Assembly: GCA_965224025.1 (NCBI GenBank)
Contig: OZ245033.1
Coordinates: 4,032,001 to 4,096,000 of the forward strand
Direction of reading: 5' to 3'
Origin: Candidatus Multivorans sp.
Lineage (GTDB): Bacteria > Acidobacteriota > Thermoanaerobaculia > Multivoradales > Multivoraceae
Length of the DNA stretch: 64,000 bases
The position numbers and the translations under genes are program-made. Below the pieces are notes generated by a model. It searched no databases. It was not told the origin of the DNA and saw only the letters and a list, made by a program, of their open reading frames with translations. Positions 41,525 to 51,127 of this stretch are shown piece after piece. The first letter of the stretch is position 1. Every line of letters starts with the position of its first letter.

Positions 41525-43470
41525 GAACCGGGACCCACCTCCACCGCCACGCCCTCGGCCTGATGACGGCGGCAACCCTCGTCTCCCTTGCCGCATGCGC
41601 ACCCGGCGGCGATCCGACGTCGACCCACGAGGAAGCGCCAAGCAGTTTCGGCGCCTACACGCGGGACGCGACCCACGACGGCGCCAACCGCTACTCCGTC
41701 TACGTGCGGATGCCGGACGGCATCCGCATTTCGGTCGACTACTTCATCCCGACCGCCGGCGGCACGGAAGCGTCGGAACCGCTGCCGACCATCCTCCACT
41801 ACACGCGCTACACCCGCGCCTTCCTGATCGAGGACGAGAACGGCGAGCCCCGGCTCATCGCCACGGGCGAAACGGACCCGGTCCTCCAGCACATGCTGCA
41901 CCGCGGCTACGCCGTCGCCGTCGCCGACGCCCGCGGCACCGGCGCCTCCTTCGGCGTTCACAACGGCGCCTTCTCGATCGAGGAAACCGCGGACTCGTTC
42001 CACATCATCGAGTGGATCGCGGCGCAGCCCTGGTCGGACGGCAACGTCGGCATGCACGGGCGTTCCTACCCCGGCATGACCCAGTACCAGGCCGCGACCC
42101 AGGCGCCGCCGGCGCTCAAGGCGATCTTCGCCGAGATGGCCGGACCGACGCCCTACGACTTCGTGTTCCGGGGCGGCACCTACAAGAACGAGTTCATCGA
42201 CACCTGGGGGTCGGGCACCATGCAAGCGGATCTGTCGACTGCTCCCGCCCCTGTCGACGAGGACCCTGACGGCGCGTTGCGCGACGCCGCGGTGGCCGAA
42301 CACGCCGCCAACCTGTGGGCGCAGGACCTCGTCGGCACCGAGGCAGCCTCCCTGCGCGACTGGACCTACGAGACGGAGAATGCCCGTGCGGACTGGGACA
42401 CCACCGGCACGATCGACGACCTGGAAGCGATCGACGCTTCGGGAATCGCGATCTACCACCTCGTCGGCTGGTACGACATCTACACGTCGCAGCAGCCGAT
42501 GCTCTACGCCAGCCTGGAGGCCGCGCCCCAGAAGATGGTCATCGGCCCCTGGGTGCACAGCGGCGGCTACGGCGGCGTCGTCCACAAGACCGAATTCCTG
42601 CGCTGGTACGACCACTGGCTCAAGGGCATCGAGAACGGCGTGATGGACGAGCCACCCGTCCACTACTACGTCATGGAGGGCGACCACACCCTGCCCGACG
42701 ATCCGGCGGTCGAAGCCAGTCTCGACGAGGAACGGAGCGAAGACGGCTCGACGTGGGTCGGCACGCACACCTGGCCGCCCGAGGGACTGGCCACGCGCCG
42801 CTTCGGAGTCGCCGCGGATTCGGTCCTCGCCAACTCCGCCAGCGATCCCGGTCAGGACGAGTACACGGTCGACTACAGCTCGGCCATGGGCTCGTTCTCC
42901 CGCTGGATGAACGGCCACGGTTCCCGGCGCCAGGACCGGCGCGGAACCACCTTCTTCGACGAGCGGTCGGCCGAGAATGAGAAGGCTCTCACCTACACGA
43001 CCGAAGCGATGGCGGAAGCGATGACGATCGTCGGATATCCGGTGCTACGGCTCAACGTGACCTCCACCCACGACGACGGCGACTTCTTCGTCTACCTGGA
43101 GGAGATCGACGCGGACGGACGCTCGCACTACGTCACCGAAGGGGCGCTTCGCGCCTCCTACCGAGTGGTCGGCGACGCGCCATGGGAGGACTTCGGCCTC
43201 CCCTTCCACCGCGGCCACGCGGAGGACCTCGAGCCGCTCCCGGACGAGCCCGCCGAACTCCTGATCGACCTGATGGGGACCGCGATCACGATCGACGAGG
43301 GCCACCGCCTGCGCCTGACGATCGCCGGCGCGGACGCCGCGAACCATGCGCTGTACCCCGACCCCGAAGGCGTTGACGCGCCGACCGTGACGGTCCACCG
43401 CGGCGGCGGCGACGATGGCTCCTGGCTGGACCTGCCGGTGGCCGCCGAACCCTTGAAGTCAACCTCGTAG
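41521..43470 (+). CDS. CocE/NonD-family serine hydrolase lipoprotein
   Basis: AGGAG RBS, lipobox LAAC, MPDGIRI, DARGTGASFG, WSDGNVGMHGRSYPG (GxSYxG), GWYD, IGPWVH, RWYDHWLKG. Confidence 0.92.
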   Translation: MRTGTHLHRHALGLMTAATLVSLAACAPGGDPTSTHEEAPSSFGAYTRDATHDGANRYSVYVRMPDGIRISVDYFIPTAGGTEASEPLPTILHYTRYTRAFLIEDENGEPRLIATGETDPVLQHMLHRGYAVAVADARGTGASFGVHNGAFSIEETADSFHIIEWIAAQPWSDGNVGMHGRSYPGMTQYQAATQAPPALKAIFAEMAGPTPYDFVFRGGTYKNEFIDTWGSGTMQADLSTAPAPVDEDPDGALRDAAVAEHAANLWAQDLVGTEAASLRDWTYETENARADWDTTGTIDDLEAIDASGIAIYHLVGWYDIYTSQQPMLYASLEAAPQKMVIGPWVHSGGYGGVVHKTEFLRWYDHWLKGIENGVMDEPPVHYYVMEGDHTLPDDPAVEASLDEERSEDGSTWVGTHTWPPEGLATRRFGVAADSVLANSASDPGQDEYTVDYSSAMGSFSRWMNGHGSRRQDRRGTTFFDERSAENEKALTYTTEAMAEAMTIVGYPVLRLNVTSTHDDGDFFVYLEEIDADGRSHYVTEGALRASYRVVGDAPWEDFGLPFHRGHAEDLEPLPDEPAELLIDLMGTAITIDEGHRLRLTIAGADAANHALYPDPEGVDAPTVTVHRGGGDDGSWLDLPVAAEPLKSTS

Positions 43471-43556
43471 GGGGCTGCACACCCGCCAGGTTCCTCTCCA
43501 GGCGAGGCGTATCGCCAGCAAAGCCGAGGCAGCAACGCTTGTCCGGCCGCTCCGCA

Positions 43557-44039
43557 TCACGAGAGCAGCCGTCGATCCCACCACACGGGCGTCTCCAGCC
43601 CGACCTCGATTCGCAGACCCTCGTACTCCGGGTGGCGGGTGTTGATCACCACGTTGCGCTCCATGCGCGCGACGACCGACGGCACGACGAGGACGACGCT
43701 GCGGCGCTCCCGGTACCACGCGCTGCCGAAGCGCCGGGCCGCGTCCTCGTCGGGATGGAAACACTCCGGCAGAACGTCGGGCGTGACGACCTCGTAGCTG
43801 GTTCCCGCGGGTATGGCAGCCTCCACGAAGTGCTGGTTGCGCGGCGTCGTGAGGTGCCAGCGCGCGAGCACCTCGAGCAGGGCGGTCGAGTAGCTCGCAG
43901 AGGCGTAGATCACCTCGGCGCCGTACTCGTGCCATCGGCCCGAGGAGCGACGAGCCCCGTCCGCGCCCCACACCGGGAACACTCCGTTCGCGTCGCCGAC
44001 GCGAAAGACGCGCATCGGCGCCGCCAGAACAGGCGCCAT
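43557..44039 (-). CDS. RES-domain toxin
   Basis: GRW..VIYASASYSTALLEVL..LVVPSVV..NVVINTRHP; start overlaps antitoxin stop (TGATG). Confidence 0.9.
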   Translation of the reverse strand: MAPVLAAPMRVFRVGDANGVFPVWGADGARRSSGRWHEYGAEVIYASASYSTALLEVLARWHLTTPRNQHFVEAAIPAGTSYEVVTPDVLPECFHPDEDAARRFGSAWYRERRSVVLVVPSVVARMERNVVINTRHPEYEGLRIEVGLETPVWWDRRLLS

Positions 44040-44527
44040 CAGACGGGAATGCCGGCCTGGGCCCTGCGAATCAGCTTCAGCACGGCCCGCGCGCCCGCGG
44101 CGCCGGAGCACGCCACCTCGAGCGGCGCCCGGTTCTCCAGCAGAGGATGCCGATTGGTCAGAAAGGCCTCGATCAGTTCCCGCTCCCCGTGGTACGCCCG
44201 GCTCAACACGTCGACGACGCGTACCAGTTCGTAGAGCCTCTCGCTCATCTCTCTCGACAGCGGCTTGCCCGCGTTGCGGGCGCGCCGCAGCGTCGCCTCG
44301 GGAATCACCGGTCCCACGACGTTACTCCGGCCGAGAACGTCGACCAGCACCGAGGCAGCCTCCGGGTGCAATCCGCGGCCGACGCGGTCCGCGAGCTGAA
44401 CGTCGCTCAGCACTTCGGCGGCCTCGATCCCGAGGAGCGCCGCCACGCGGCCAGTCTCCGTTAGCGGGAGGTCCGCCGGGGCGGCGTAGGACTCGAGTAC
44501 GGCTGCTTTCTCGGCTTGACTCGTCAT
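44039..44527 (-). CDS. Xre/MbcA/ParS-type antitoxin
   Basis: IPEATLRRAR..LSREMSERL..FL..HPLLENRAPLE..GARAV; directly upstream of RES gene. Confidence 0.88.
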   Translation of the reverse strand: MTSQAEKAAVLESYAAPADLPLTETGRVAALLGIEAAEVLSDVQLADRVGRGLHPEAASVLVDVLGRSNVVGPVIPEATLRRARNAGKPLSREMSERLYELVRVVDVLSRAYHGERELIEAFLTNRHPLLENRAPLEVACSGAAGARAVLKLIRRAQAGIPV

Positions 44528-44559
44528 TCGACGAATCTAGGCCAGTCACCTGACGCCTG

Positions 44560-45312
44560 TCAAGAGCTCATCACCAGTGCCCAAAGTCGCCAGGTAGCGG
44601 CACCCCCCGAGCCGTCAGCATCGCATGTGATCGCGTACCAGCCAACGAGGGTTGCTACTACGCCCGCATCGCGGTCGAGCGTCGCACGGAGCCGCAGGTC
44701 TCCGCTGCGCTCCGTTCCCTCCGCGCCGTCCCGCCGTTCGAGTTCGACATCCGAGAACCCGAGCACCCGGCGGTGGATTGGAAACAGGGCCTTGTACACG
44801 CTCTCCTTGGCCGAGAACGCCAACGTGAACATCTCCTCCCTGGTCAGATCGCCGTTCTCGCCCCAGCGGAGATCCAGTTCCCGATCGGTCAACACCCGCG
44901 GTCCGAGACGCGAAGCCTGACCCGCCGAAACGACACGTTCCACGTCGACGCCGAGACCCCGGCAACGGCTCGCGGAGGCGACCGCCGCGAAGCCGAAGCC
45001 GGCGCCGTGGGAAATCGAACCGACCACCCCCTCCGGCCACAGCGGGACATCGTCGTCGTCCGCGGCGACATCGCCCTCGGCGACGGCAGTTCCCAACAGG
45101 TCCGACAGCGCGCGCCGCGCGCTGATGCGACCCGCCAGGTACTCCCGGCGACGCTTGTCGATGGCGCGTTCGAGGGAGGCGGGCAGAGCGATCCCCAGCC
45201 GAACCGCCTCGTCGTCGAGGTCCTCCAGTCGATCGATCCTGCGCGCGGCCGCGCTGATGCCGCGAGGAAGGTGGCGAGCCAGGCTCCCGGGAATCCCCGC
45301 GGCGGAGTTCAC
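44560..45312 (-). CDS. 4'-phosphopantetheinyl transferase (EntD-like)
   Basis: KRRREYLAGR, PLWPEGVVGSISH, GVDVE, FSAKESVYKA. Confidence 0.9.
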   Translation of the reverse strand: MNSAAGIPGSLARHLPRGISAAARRIDRLEDLDDEAVRLGIALPASLERAIDKRRREYLAGRISARRALSDLLGTAVAEGDVAADDDDVPLWPEGVVGSISHGAGFGFAAVASASRCRGLGVDVERVVSAGQASRLGPRVLTDRELDLRWGENGDLTREEMFTLAFSAKESVYKALFPIHRRVLGFSDVELERRDGAEGTERSGDLRLRATLDRDAGVVATLVGWYAITCDADGSGGAATWRLWALVMSS

Positions 45313-45806
45313 GCCAGGAAGTAGCGCCGCTGCTCCGGCGTCGGCACGGGGCACTCGGCCAACCGCCGCCCGACGCGGCGGCGGTTCCGCGCCACCAACC
45401 GGTAGCCCCAGTCCAGGACCGCCCGGGGCGCCACCCACGGAAGCAGTGCCAGCCAGCGCTCCGGCCCCCGCAACTGGGACGCCAGCCAGATCACCGCCTC
45501 GCTGCGCACCCGGATCTCACCCAGTGGAGACCCGGTTGAAGAAACGTCGTCGACCGCGTCGGCGGCCGCCGTGCCGGTCGCGGCGGGCAAGCTCTGGATC
45601 ACCATGCTGTCGAGCCCGGCGAGGTCGGGCCGCATCCCGGTCAGGCGCTTGAACAACTCACCGTCCCGAGGCGCGAAGCGGACCCCGGACGGTACTCCCC
45701 GAGCCAGACACCGGGCCACCGACCAGTTGCAGAGCGCACAGTCGCCGTCGTAGTAGACGATGACGCTGGCCGGCCAAGGCTCGTGACGCTCGTCCATGGC
45801 CTTCAT
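45309..45806 (-). CDS. DCC-family thiol-disulfide oxidoreductase (DUF393)
   Basis: YYDGDCALC, RSEAV, DWGYRLVARNR. Confidence 0.85.
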   Translation of the reverse strand: MKAMDERHEPWPASVIVYYDGDCALCNWSVARCLARGVPSGVRFAPRDGELFKRLTGMRPDLAGLDSMVIQSLPAATGTAAADAVDDVSSTGSPLGEIRVRSEAVIWLASQLRGPERWLALLPWVAPRAVLDWGYRLVARNRRRVGRRLAECPVPTPEQRRYFLA

Positions 45807-45845
45807 TCTACGGTTGCGGCGTCACCGGACGACCGGTACGCGCAC

Positions 45846-46337
45846 CTACCTGTTGGCCGCTTCGTCGAGGACTCGCAGGAAGGTCCTGCCGCTCATCAGT
45901 TGCGGCGAACCGTCGACCATCTCCATGCGCTCGACGTACGAAGCGGTCCGGCCGTCTGCGCTGTACATCACCAGAGTCGGATAGCCGCGCACTCCGAACT
46001 GCCGGGCCAACTGGCTCTCGCGGCCGCCCGACTCGGGGTTGAGACGCACGGCGACCACCGCATCAAGGTAGCTGTCGACCTCGGAGTCCGAGAGCAGCTC
46101 CCGCTCGAACTGCCCGCAGTAGGGGCACCAATCGGTGTAGATGTAGAGGAACAGGGGCAGGTTGTCGCGCTGCCGCACCTCGAACGCCTCGGCCAGGCCC
46201 GCAGCTCCCTCGTACCAGCCCTCGAAGTCGGGGCGGCCGGGCGTGTCCGCCGCCGCTGCCGGGAGCGCTTGCGCGAGGAGCGCCACGAAAGCGGCCACGA
46301 CGAGAACCGCGAGCGCTCCCAGACCCCACCGCCGCAT
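45846..46337 (-). CDS. Exported thioredoxin-family protein
   Basis: Signal peptide, YTDWCPYC, FGVRGYPT cis-Pro loop. Confidence 0.85.
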   Translation of the reverse strand: MRRWGLGALAVLVVAAFVALLAQALPAAAADTPGRPDFEGWYEGAAGLAEAFEVRQRDNLPLFLYIYTDWCPYCGQFERELLSDSEVDSYLDAVVAVRLNPESGGRESQLARQFGVRGYPTLVMYSADGRTASYVERMEMVDGSPQLMSGRTFLRVLDEAANR

Positions 46338-46371
46338 GCCGGGACAGGACGTCATGGCGAGCCAGAGGCTA

Positions 46372-48042
46372 TCACCCGGCCGCTGCCGCGCCGTGGTTCG
46401 TGGCGGCGCCCGGCAGCAGGGGCGTAGCCCGTCCCATCGCTTCCTCGGCACGCGCGATGAGCTGGTTCAGACCTGCCCGCGTGCGCGCGCTGACGCCGAT
46501 CGCGTCGAGCCGATCCGCCAGCAGCCGGGCGCGCTCCTCTGTCACCAGATCGCACTTGTTCAACACCACCAGGAGCGGCTTCGAGCTGAGCGACAGCTCG
46601 TCGATCAACCCTTCCACCGCCTCCGCCTTGGTGCGCCAAGCCGGATCGGAGGCATCGACGACGTGCAGCAGCAGATCCGCATCGCCGAGCTCCTCCAACG
46701 TGGCGCGAAACGCCCGCACCAGGTCGGGAGGGAGTTCGGCGATGAAACCGACCGTGTCGGTGATCACGACCTCGCCCTCCCTCGGAAAGCGAATCCGCCG
46801 GCTGGTCGGGTCCAGGGTCACGAAGAGCTGCGACGCGGTTTCCACCGAACTCCGGGTCAGCGCGTTGAGGAGCGTGCTCTTGCCGGCGTTCGTGTAGCCG
46901 ATCAGGGACAGCACCGGCACCCGCCGGTCGCGCCGCCGGCTGCGGGCAACGTCCCGCTGCCGCGACAGCCGTTCGACCTGCTTCTCGAGCTTGCGGATCC
47001 GGTCGCGAATACGACGGCGACCCACCTCGAGCACGGTTTCGCCCGGCCCTCGGCCGCCGATGCCTCCCGCGAGCCGGGACAGTCCCTTGTCTTTCTCGGT
47101 CAGCCGCGGCAGGGAGTACTGCAACTGGGCCAGTTCGACCTGCAGCTTGCCGTCCCGCGAGCGGGCACGCTGCGCGAACACGTCCAGAATCAGTTGGGTG
47201 CGGTCGATCGCCTTCAGGCCGGTCGCGTCCTCGAAAGCCCGAGCCTGCGCGGGCTTCAGGTCGATGTCGAAGATCGCGACCTCAGCGCCCGCGCGCATGC
47301 TCTGCAGCACGATTTCCGTCAGCTTGCCCCGCCCCACGACGGTCCGCGGATGAATACGCGAACGGCGCTGACGCATCACGCCCGCGACTTCGACACCGGC
47401 CGAGCGCACGAGCTCGACCGTCTCCCTGAAGTGGCCGTCGTCCGGCCGGACGCCGATCACGAGGGCACGCTCGCGCTGCGCTTCGCGGCCGCCGCGCCGC
47501 CGGCCCATTTCCCGTTCGACGGCCCGGATGGTCGCCGCGAAGTCGAGGTCCAGTTCGTAGACCTGCGGCGCGTCGACGCGAAGGAACTGCGCCGACCCGG
47601 CAGTGACGTCCGCGGCGGGTTCGGGCGCCAGGTAAGCCACTTCGATACCGCCCGCGGAACCGTCCTCGAGGGCCTGGACCACCGCGACCATGTCCAGTCG
47701 CAGCAGGGCCAGGTCGTTCAGGTCGTCGGCGGTCAGACTCTCGCCCCGCAGGTGGGTATGGACGAGACGCAGCCGCCGGAAGCGTCCCGGGCCTCCCCTG
47801 AGACGCCCGATGTCCGGAATCTCGAGCTGCCTGGCATCGCCGACGATCACCTTGCTGACCGCGCCGTCGCGGGTCAACAGCACGCCGACCTGACGTCCGA
47901 TCTCTCGGGACAGCGAGCACAGATGCCGGGCCAGCTCGGTCGACACCACCTGGTCCGGGCGGACCTTCCGCCGGTAGGTGCGCTCGAGAGCGCCTCGCTG
48001 CGCGGCCTTGAGTCCGCGAACGTCGCCGTGAAGGGGTCTCAT
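46372..48042 (-). CDS. hflX: GTPase HflX (long form with N-terminal extension)
   Basis: [52 protein letters not shown]. Confidence 0.95.
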   Translation of the reverse strand: MRPLHGDVRGLKAAQRGALERTYRRKVRPDQVVSTELARHLCSLSREIGRQVGVLLTRDGAVSKVIVGDARQLEIPDIGRLRGGPGRFRRLRLVHTHLRGESLTADDLNDLALLRLDMVAVVQALEDGSAGGIEVAYLAPEPAADVTAGSAQFLRVDAPQVYELDLDFAATIRAVEREMGRRRGGREAQRERALVIGVRPDDGHFRETVELVRSAGVEVAGVMRQRRSRIHPRTVVGRGKLTEIVLQSMRAGAEVAIFDIDLKPAQARAFEDATGLKAIDRTQLILDVFAQRARSRDGKLQVELAQLQYSLPRLTEKDKGLSRLAGGIGGRGPGETVLEVGRRRIRDRIRKLEKQVERLSRQRDVARSRRRDRRVPVLSLIGYTNAGKSTLLNALTRSSVETASQLFVTLDPTSRRIRFPREGEVVITDTVGFIAELPPDLVRAFRATLEELGDADLLLHVVDASDPAWRTKAEAVEGLIDELSLSSKPLLVVLNKCDLVTEERARLLADRLDAIGVSARTRAGLNQLIARAEEAMGRATPLLPGAATNHGAAAAG

Positions 48043-48060
48043 TCGGGCCAACCGCCGGTC

Positions 48061-48091
48061 TTGAGTCGCAAAGTCAAGAAACTGCTATGCT
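48061..48091 (+). promoter_or_regulatory. Putative rne promoter (extended -10)
   Basis: TGcTATGCT at 48083-48091 with TTGAGT at 48061-48066. Confidence 0.45.
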
Positions 48092-48442
48092 TGCCGCCTC
48101 GGCGGCGACGCTGGCCCCACTTGGCACGCGCCGCGCACTCGACAGTACGAGTCAGCGCTTGGCTTCAGCCTTTGTCCTTTAGACAGTCCGTCCATTCAGA
48201 GACGACTCAGGTCGCCCGAGGGCCGTCTAGACAGCCCGTGGTGCACTCAAGGCTACACCCGCCGCCGACTGGAATGACGATCCGGTTCTTCAAGCTTCTC
48301 GCGCAGGTGGAACTGCAGCGAACGCGGGACAGCCGCCCAGCGGATTCCGTTCACGGAATCCCGCCGTGGCCCGGCGCCCGCGCAACCGGAAGCGTCCCAC
48401 CCGATTCAACCGACGGCGCACTCGCCGTCACCCGGAGACTTT

Positions 48443-50410
48443 GTGACCCGAAGAATGCTCATCAACGCGCAGAGCTCGACCGAGCTCCGCATCGCCATCG
48501 CCAACGACTCGGTACTCGAAGACCTGAAGGTCGAGATCGCCGAGCGGGGCCTGACCCGCGGCAACATCTACTACGGCAAGATCGCCAACATCGAGCCGAG
48601 CCTGAACGCCGCCTTCATCGACTACGGCGCCCCCAAGCACGGCTTCCTGGCCATCCAGGATGTCGTGCCCGACGCGTACTACCAGGCGGCGTCTAAGTCC
48701 CATCGACCCAAGATCGAGGACGTACTCGTCCGCGGCCGCCCGATCGTGGTTCAGATCACGCGCGAGCCGGAGGGTGCCAAGGGCGCTGCCCTGACCACGA
48801 ACCTGAGTCTGGCGGGGCGCTATCTGGTGCTTTCGCCCTTCGACAAGACCAGTGGCGTTTCCCGAAAGGTCGACACCGAGGAGGTTCGCCTCAAGCTGAA
48901 GGCGATGGCGGAGTCGCTGCCGGTGCCGGACGGCGGCGGCGTGATCGTGCGCACCAACGCCCTGGGCCAGACGAAGACGGCCCTCAGCCGGGACATGAAC
49001 GCACTGCTCCGGCTATGGAAGCGCATCTCCCGGGACGCCCGCGATTCCAAGGGCACGAGGCTCCTCTACAGCGATCAGGACATCGTGCTGCAGGGGCTGC
49101 GCGACTATCTCGACAGCGCGATCGAGGAGGTCTGGGTCGACGAAGACACCGCCCACGGACGCGCCGAGCAGTACATGCGCGCCTTCATGCCGCGCAGCAA
49201 GACGGTGCTGCACCGCTACACGGGCCGCAAGCCGCTGTTCTCGGTCTACGAATTGGAGCCTCAGATCGAGAACATCTTCGAACGCCGGGCGGACCTGCCC
49301 TCGGGCGGCTCGATCGTGATCGATCCGACCGAGGCCCTGACCGCCATCGACGTCAACTCGGGCCGCTCCAAGAAGGCGTCGAGCCAGGAGGAGACGGCGG
49401 CGAACACGAACGTCGAGGCCGCGGCGGAAGTCGGCCGGCAACTCCGCCTGCGGGACATCGGCGGCCTGATCGTGGTCGATTTCATCGACATGCGCAGTCT
49501 GCGCAACCGGCGCAAGGTCGAGAAGGCGATGAAGGACGCGATGAAGGCGGACAAGGCGCGCTCCAGTGTCGGCCGGATCAGCGCCAACGGACTGCTCGAG
49601 ATCAACCGCCAACGGATCCACCAGGCGCTCCAGTTGCGCACCCACGGCGACTGCCCCAACTGCGCCGGCACCGGCCGCGTCGCCAGTCCGGACCTGGTCG
49701 CCCTGCGCCTTCTCCGCAACATCGAGTCCCACGGCGCCGGCGGCTACATGCGGGGCGTGCAGATCGCCCTGCAGCCGGAGCTTGCCAACTTCCTCCAGAA
49801 CCGGCATCGCGAGGCACTCGTCAATCTGGCCAGGGAATTCGATATCGAGATCGAGATCGCAGGGCAGCCGCAAATGGAGGGCCGTGAGCCGGAGATCAGT
49901 TGGATCGCCCGCGACCTGGCCGAAGTGAAGAAGAGGGAGAAGGAAGAGGCCAAGGAGAAGAGGCTGGAGCAGGAAATGCTCGCCACTCCCTCGATCGGCG
50001 ACACCGACGAAGAAGGCGAGGCGGCCGCCGGCGACAGCGCGGCCGAAGGCGCACCGAAGCGCCGCCGGCGCCGGGGCGGACGCAGGCGGCGGTCCGGGAC
50101 CGCGCGCAAGGGGAAGGCGAAGGACGAGGCCCGCAAGAAGGACGGCGCCGCCAAGCAGGCGAAGAAGAGCGAGAAAGCACCCGCCAAGGCGAAGAAGACG
50201 GCGGGGACGGCCGCAATCAAGGTCCCCGGCATCGACACTCCGGCGGCGGACGCAGCGCCCGGCGGAAACGGCAAGGCCGGCGACGCAGCCGCGGCGAGCG
50301 GCAACGGCGCGCCCCGCACGACCAAGCGGCGGCGACGCCGACGCCGGCCCCGCCGGCCCCAGGCCGCCGCGGCAAGCGGTGAGTCACCGCCGGCCGAGAC
50401 GAGTCCCTGA
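48443..50410 (+). CDS. rne: Ribonuclease E/G family
   Basis: GNIY.G, AAFIDYG, TEALTAIDVNSG, LRLRDIGGLIVVDFIDM, CPNCAGTG Zn-link, Arg-rich disordered C-terminus. Confidence 0.93.
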   Translation: MTRRMLINAQSSTELRIAIANDSVLEDLKVEIAERGLTRGNIYYGKIANIEPSLNAAFIDYGAPKHGFLAIQDVVPDAYYQAASKSHRPKIEDVLVRGRPIVVQITREPEGAKGAALTTNLSLAGRYLVLSPFDKTSGVSRKVDTEEVRLKLKAMAESLPVPDGGGVIVRTNALGQTKTALSRDMNALLRLWKRISRDARDSKGTRLLYSDQDIVLQGLRDYLDSAIEEVWVDEDTAHGRAEQYMRAFMPRSKTVLHRYTGRKPLFSVYELEPQIENIFERRADLPSGGSIVIDPTEALTAIDVNSGRSKKASSQEETAANTNVEAAAEVGRQLRLRDIGGLIVVDFIDMRSLRNRRKVEKAMKDAMKADKARSSVGRISANGLLEINRQRIHQALQLRTHGDCPNCAGTGRVASPDLVALRLLRNIESHGAGGYMRGVQIALQPELANFLQNRHREALVNLAREFDIEIEIAGQPQMEGREPEISWIARDLAEVKKREKEEAKEKRLEQEMLATPSIGDTDEEGEAAAGDSAAEGAPKRRRRRGGRRRRSGTARKGKAKDEARKKDGAAKQAKKSEKAPAKAKKTAGTAAIKVPGIDTPAADAAPGGNGKAGDAAAASGNGAPRTTKRRRRRRRPRRPQAAAASGESPPAETSP

Positions 50411-50432
50411 CAGGCGCCGGCAGCGCCTCGCA

Positions 50433-50458
50433 CCTGGGAACGCTGGCATCCTGCCCGC
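50433..50458 (-). repeat. REP-like 26-mer, copy 4 (reverse)
   Basis: Reverse complement GCGGGCAGGATGCCAGCGTTCCCAGG, 1 mismatch to copy 1. Confidence 0.8.
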
Positions 50459-50558
50459 ACCCGGCGCGAAGCGACGATCCGCGACGCCGGAGATTCCGGC
50501 AACGCCTCGCACCGCTGGCCTACCTACTTAGCTACTAACCCCCTGAAAACACGGAGGT

Positions 50559-50588
50559 TTGACAAGGACCCGGCGAATCCATAACTAT
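50559..50588 (+). promoter_or_regulatory. Putative sigma70 promoter
   Basis: TTGACA at 50559-50564 and TAACTAT at 50582-50588. Confidence 0.6.
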
Positions 50589-50716
50589 CGCGTCGTAGTC
50601 GTTCCGCTCGCGTCGCGAGGCGTTGGCGGCGGTTTCGGGGTCAATCGGGGCGATCCCGCGACTGGGTGGGGTGGGACCCACCACTTTGTGGATGTGCCCG
50701 GAAAGGAGGTGGTCTA

Positions 50717-50761
50717 GTGGAGTACTGCAGATGCGGCTTGATGGAGGTGGCGGCTCCCTAG
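50717..50761 (+). CDS. Putative 14-aa micro-peptide MEYCRCGLMEVAAP
   Basis: GTG start 6 nt after AAAGGAGGT; TAG stop. Confidence 0.4.
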   Translation: MEYCRCGLMEVAAP

Positions 50762-51006
50762 GTAACCCCTGTTTGGCGTAGGGCATCTCCTTCGGGAAGC
50801 ATTCCCACGCCATCCCATCGGCCAAAAGCCCGGGTGGCGCGATCGGCGCCATCCGTGAAACAGTCCATGCGTCCGTCAGCGGACGCTTGGATGACACCAG
50901 GGTGGCGCGATCCGCGCCACCCGTGAACCGATCCGGGCACCCGTCATCGGGTGCACGGCTGGCACGCTTGACCGAGCTGCGGATACCGCGGTCCAAGAGC
51001 GTCGAC

Positions 51007-51047
51007 GGAGCCCCGAGGCGCATCCGCCCTCGGGGCTCCTTTTCTTT
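51007..51047 (+). terminator. Intrinsic terminator
   Basis: GGAGCCCCGAGG / CCTCGGGGCTCC stem followed by TTTTCTTT. Confidence 0.88.
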
Positions 51048-51127
51048 CCGGTTCAGCGTCGCCTCTTCCCCTCAGCCCGCGGTTCCGTACAATCGCCCAC
51101 CTCACCTTCCAACGGCGGAGACTGAAC

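Larger units (their letters stand above)
50595..51047 (+). ncRNA. Candidate structured RNA with micro-ORF
   Basis: Between promoter and intrinsic terminator; no credible long ORF; tandem hairpin units with compensatory changes; extended SD at 50701-50716. Confidence 0.6.

Noticed and set aside
39310-43470. Apparent PQQ dehydrogenase-CocE fusion (1386 aa)
   Set aside because: Created by a one-base frameshift near 41280; the quinoprotein C-terminus is in another frame and CocE has its own RBS and lipoprotein signal at 41521
46162-48696. 844-aa plus-strand ORF and similar long antisense ORFs (e.g. 22348-24399, 30940-32931, 51053-53437)
   Set aside because: Shadow frames of well-supported genes on the opposite strand; no recognisable motifs
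50690-50730. Reverse-strand 16S rRNA 3'-end remnant
   Set aside because: Similarity is limited to 16 nt and does not extend into recognisable 16S sequence; no rRNA or tRNA seen in the window
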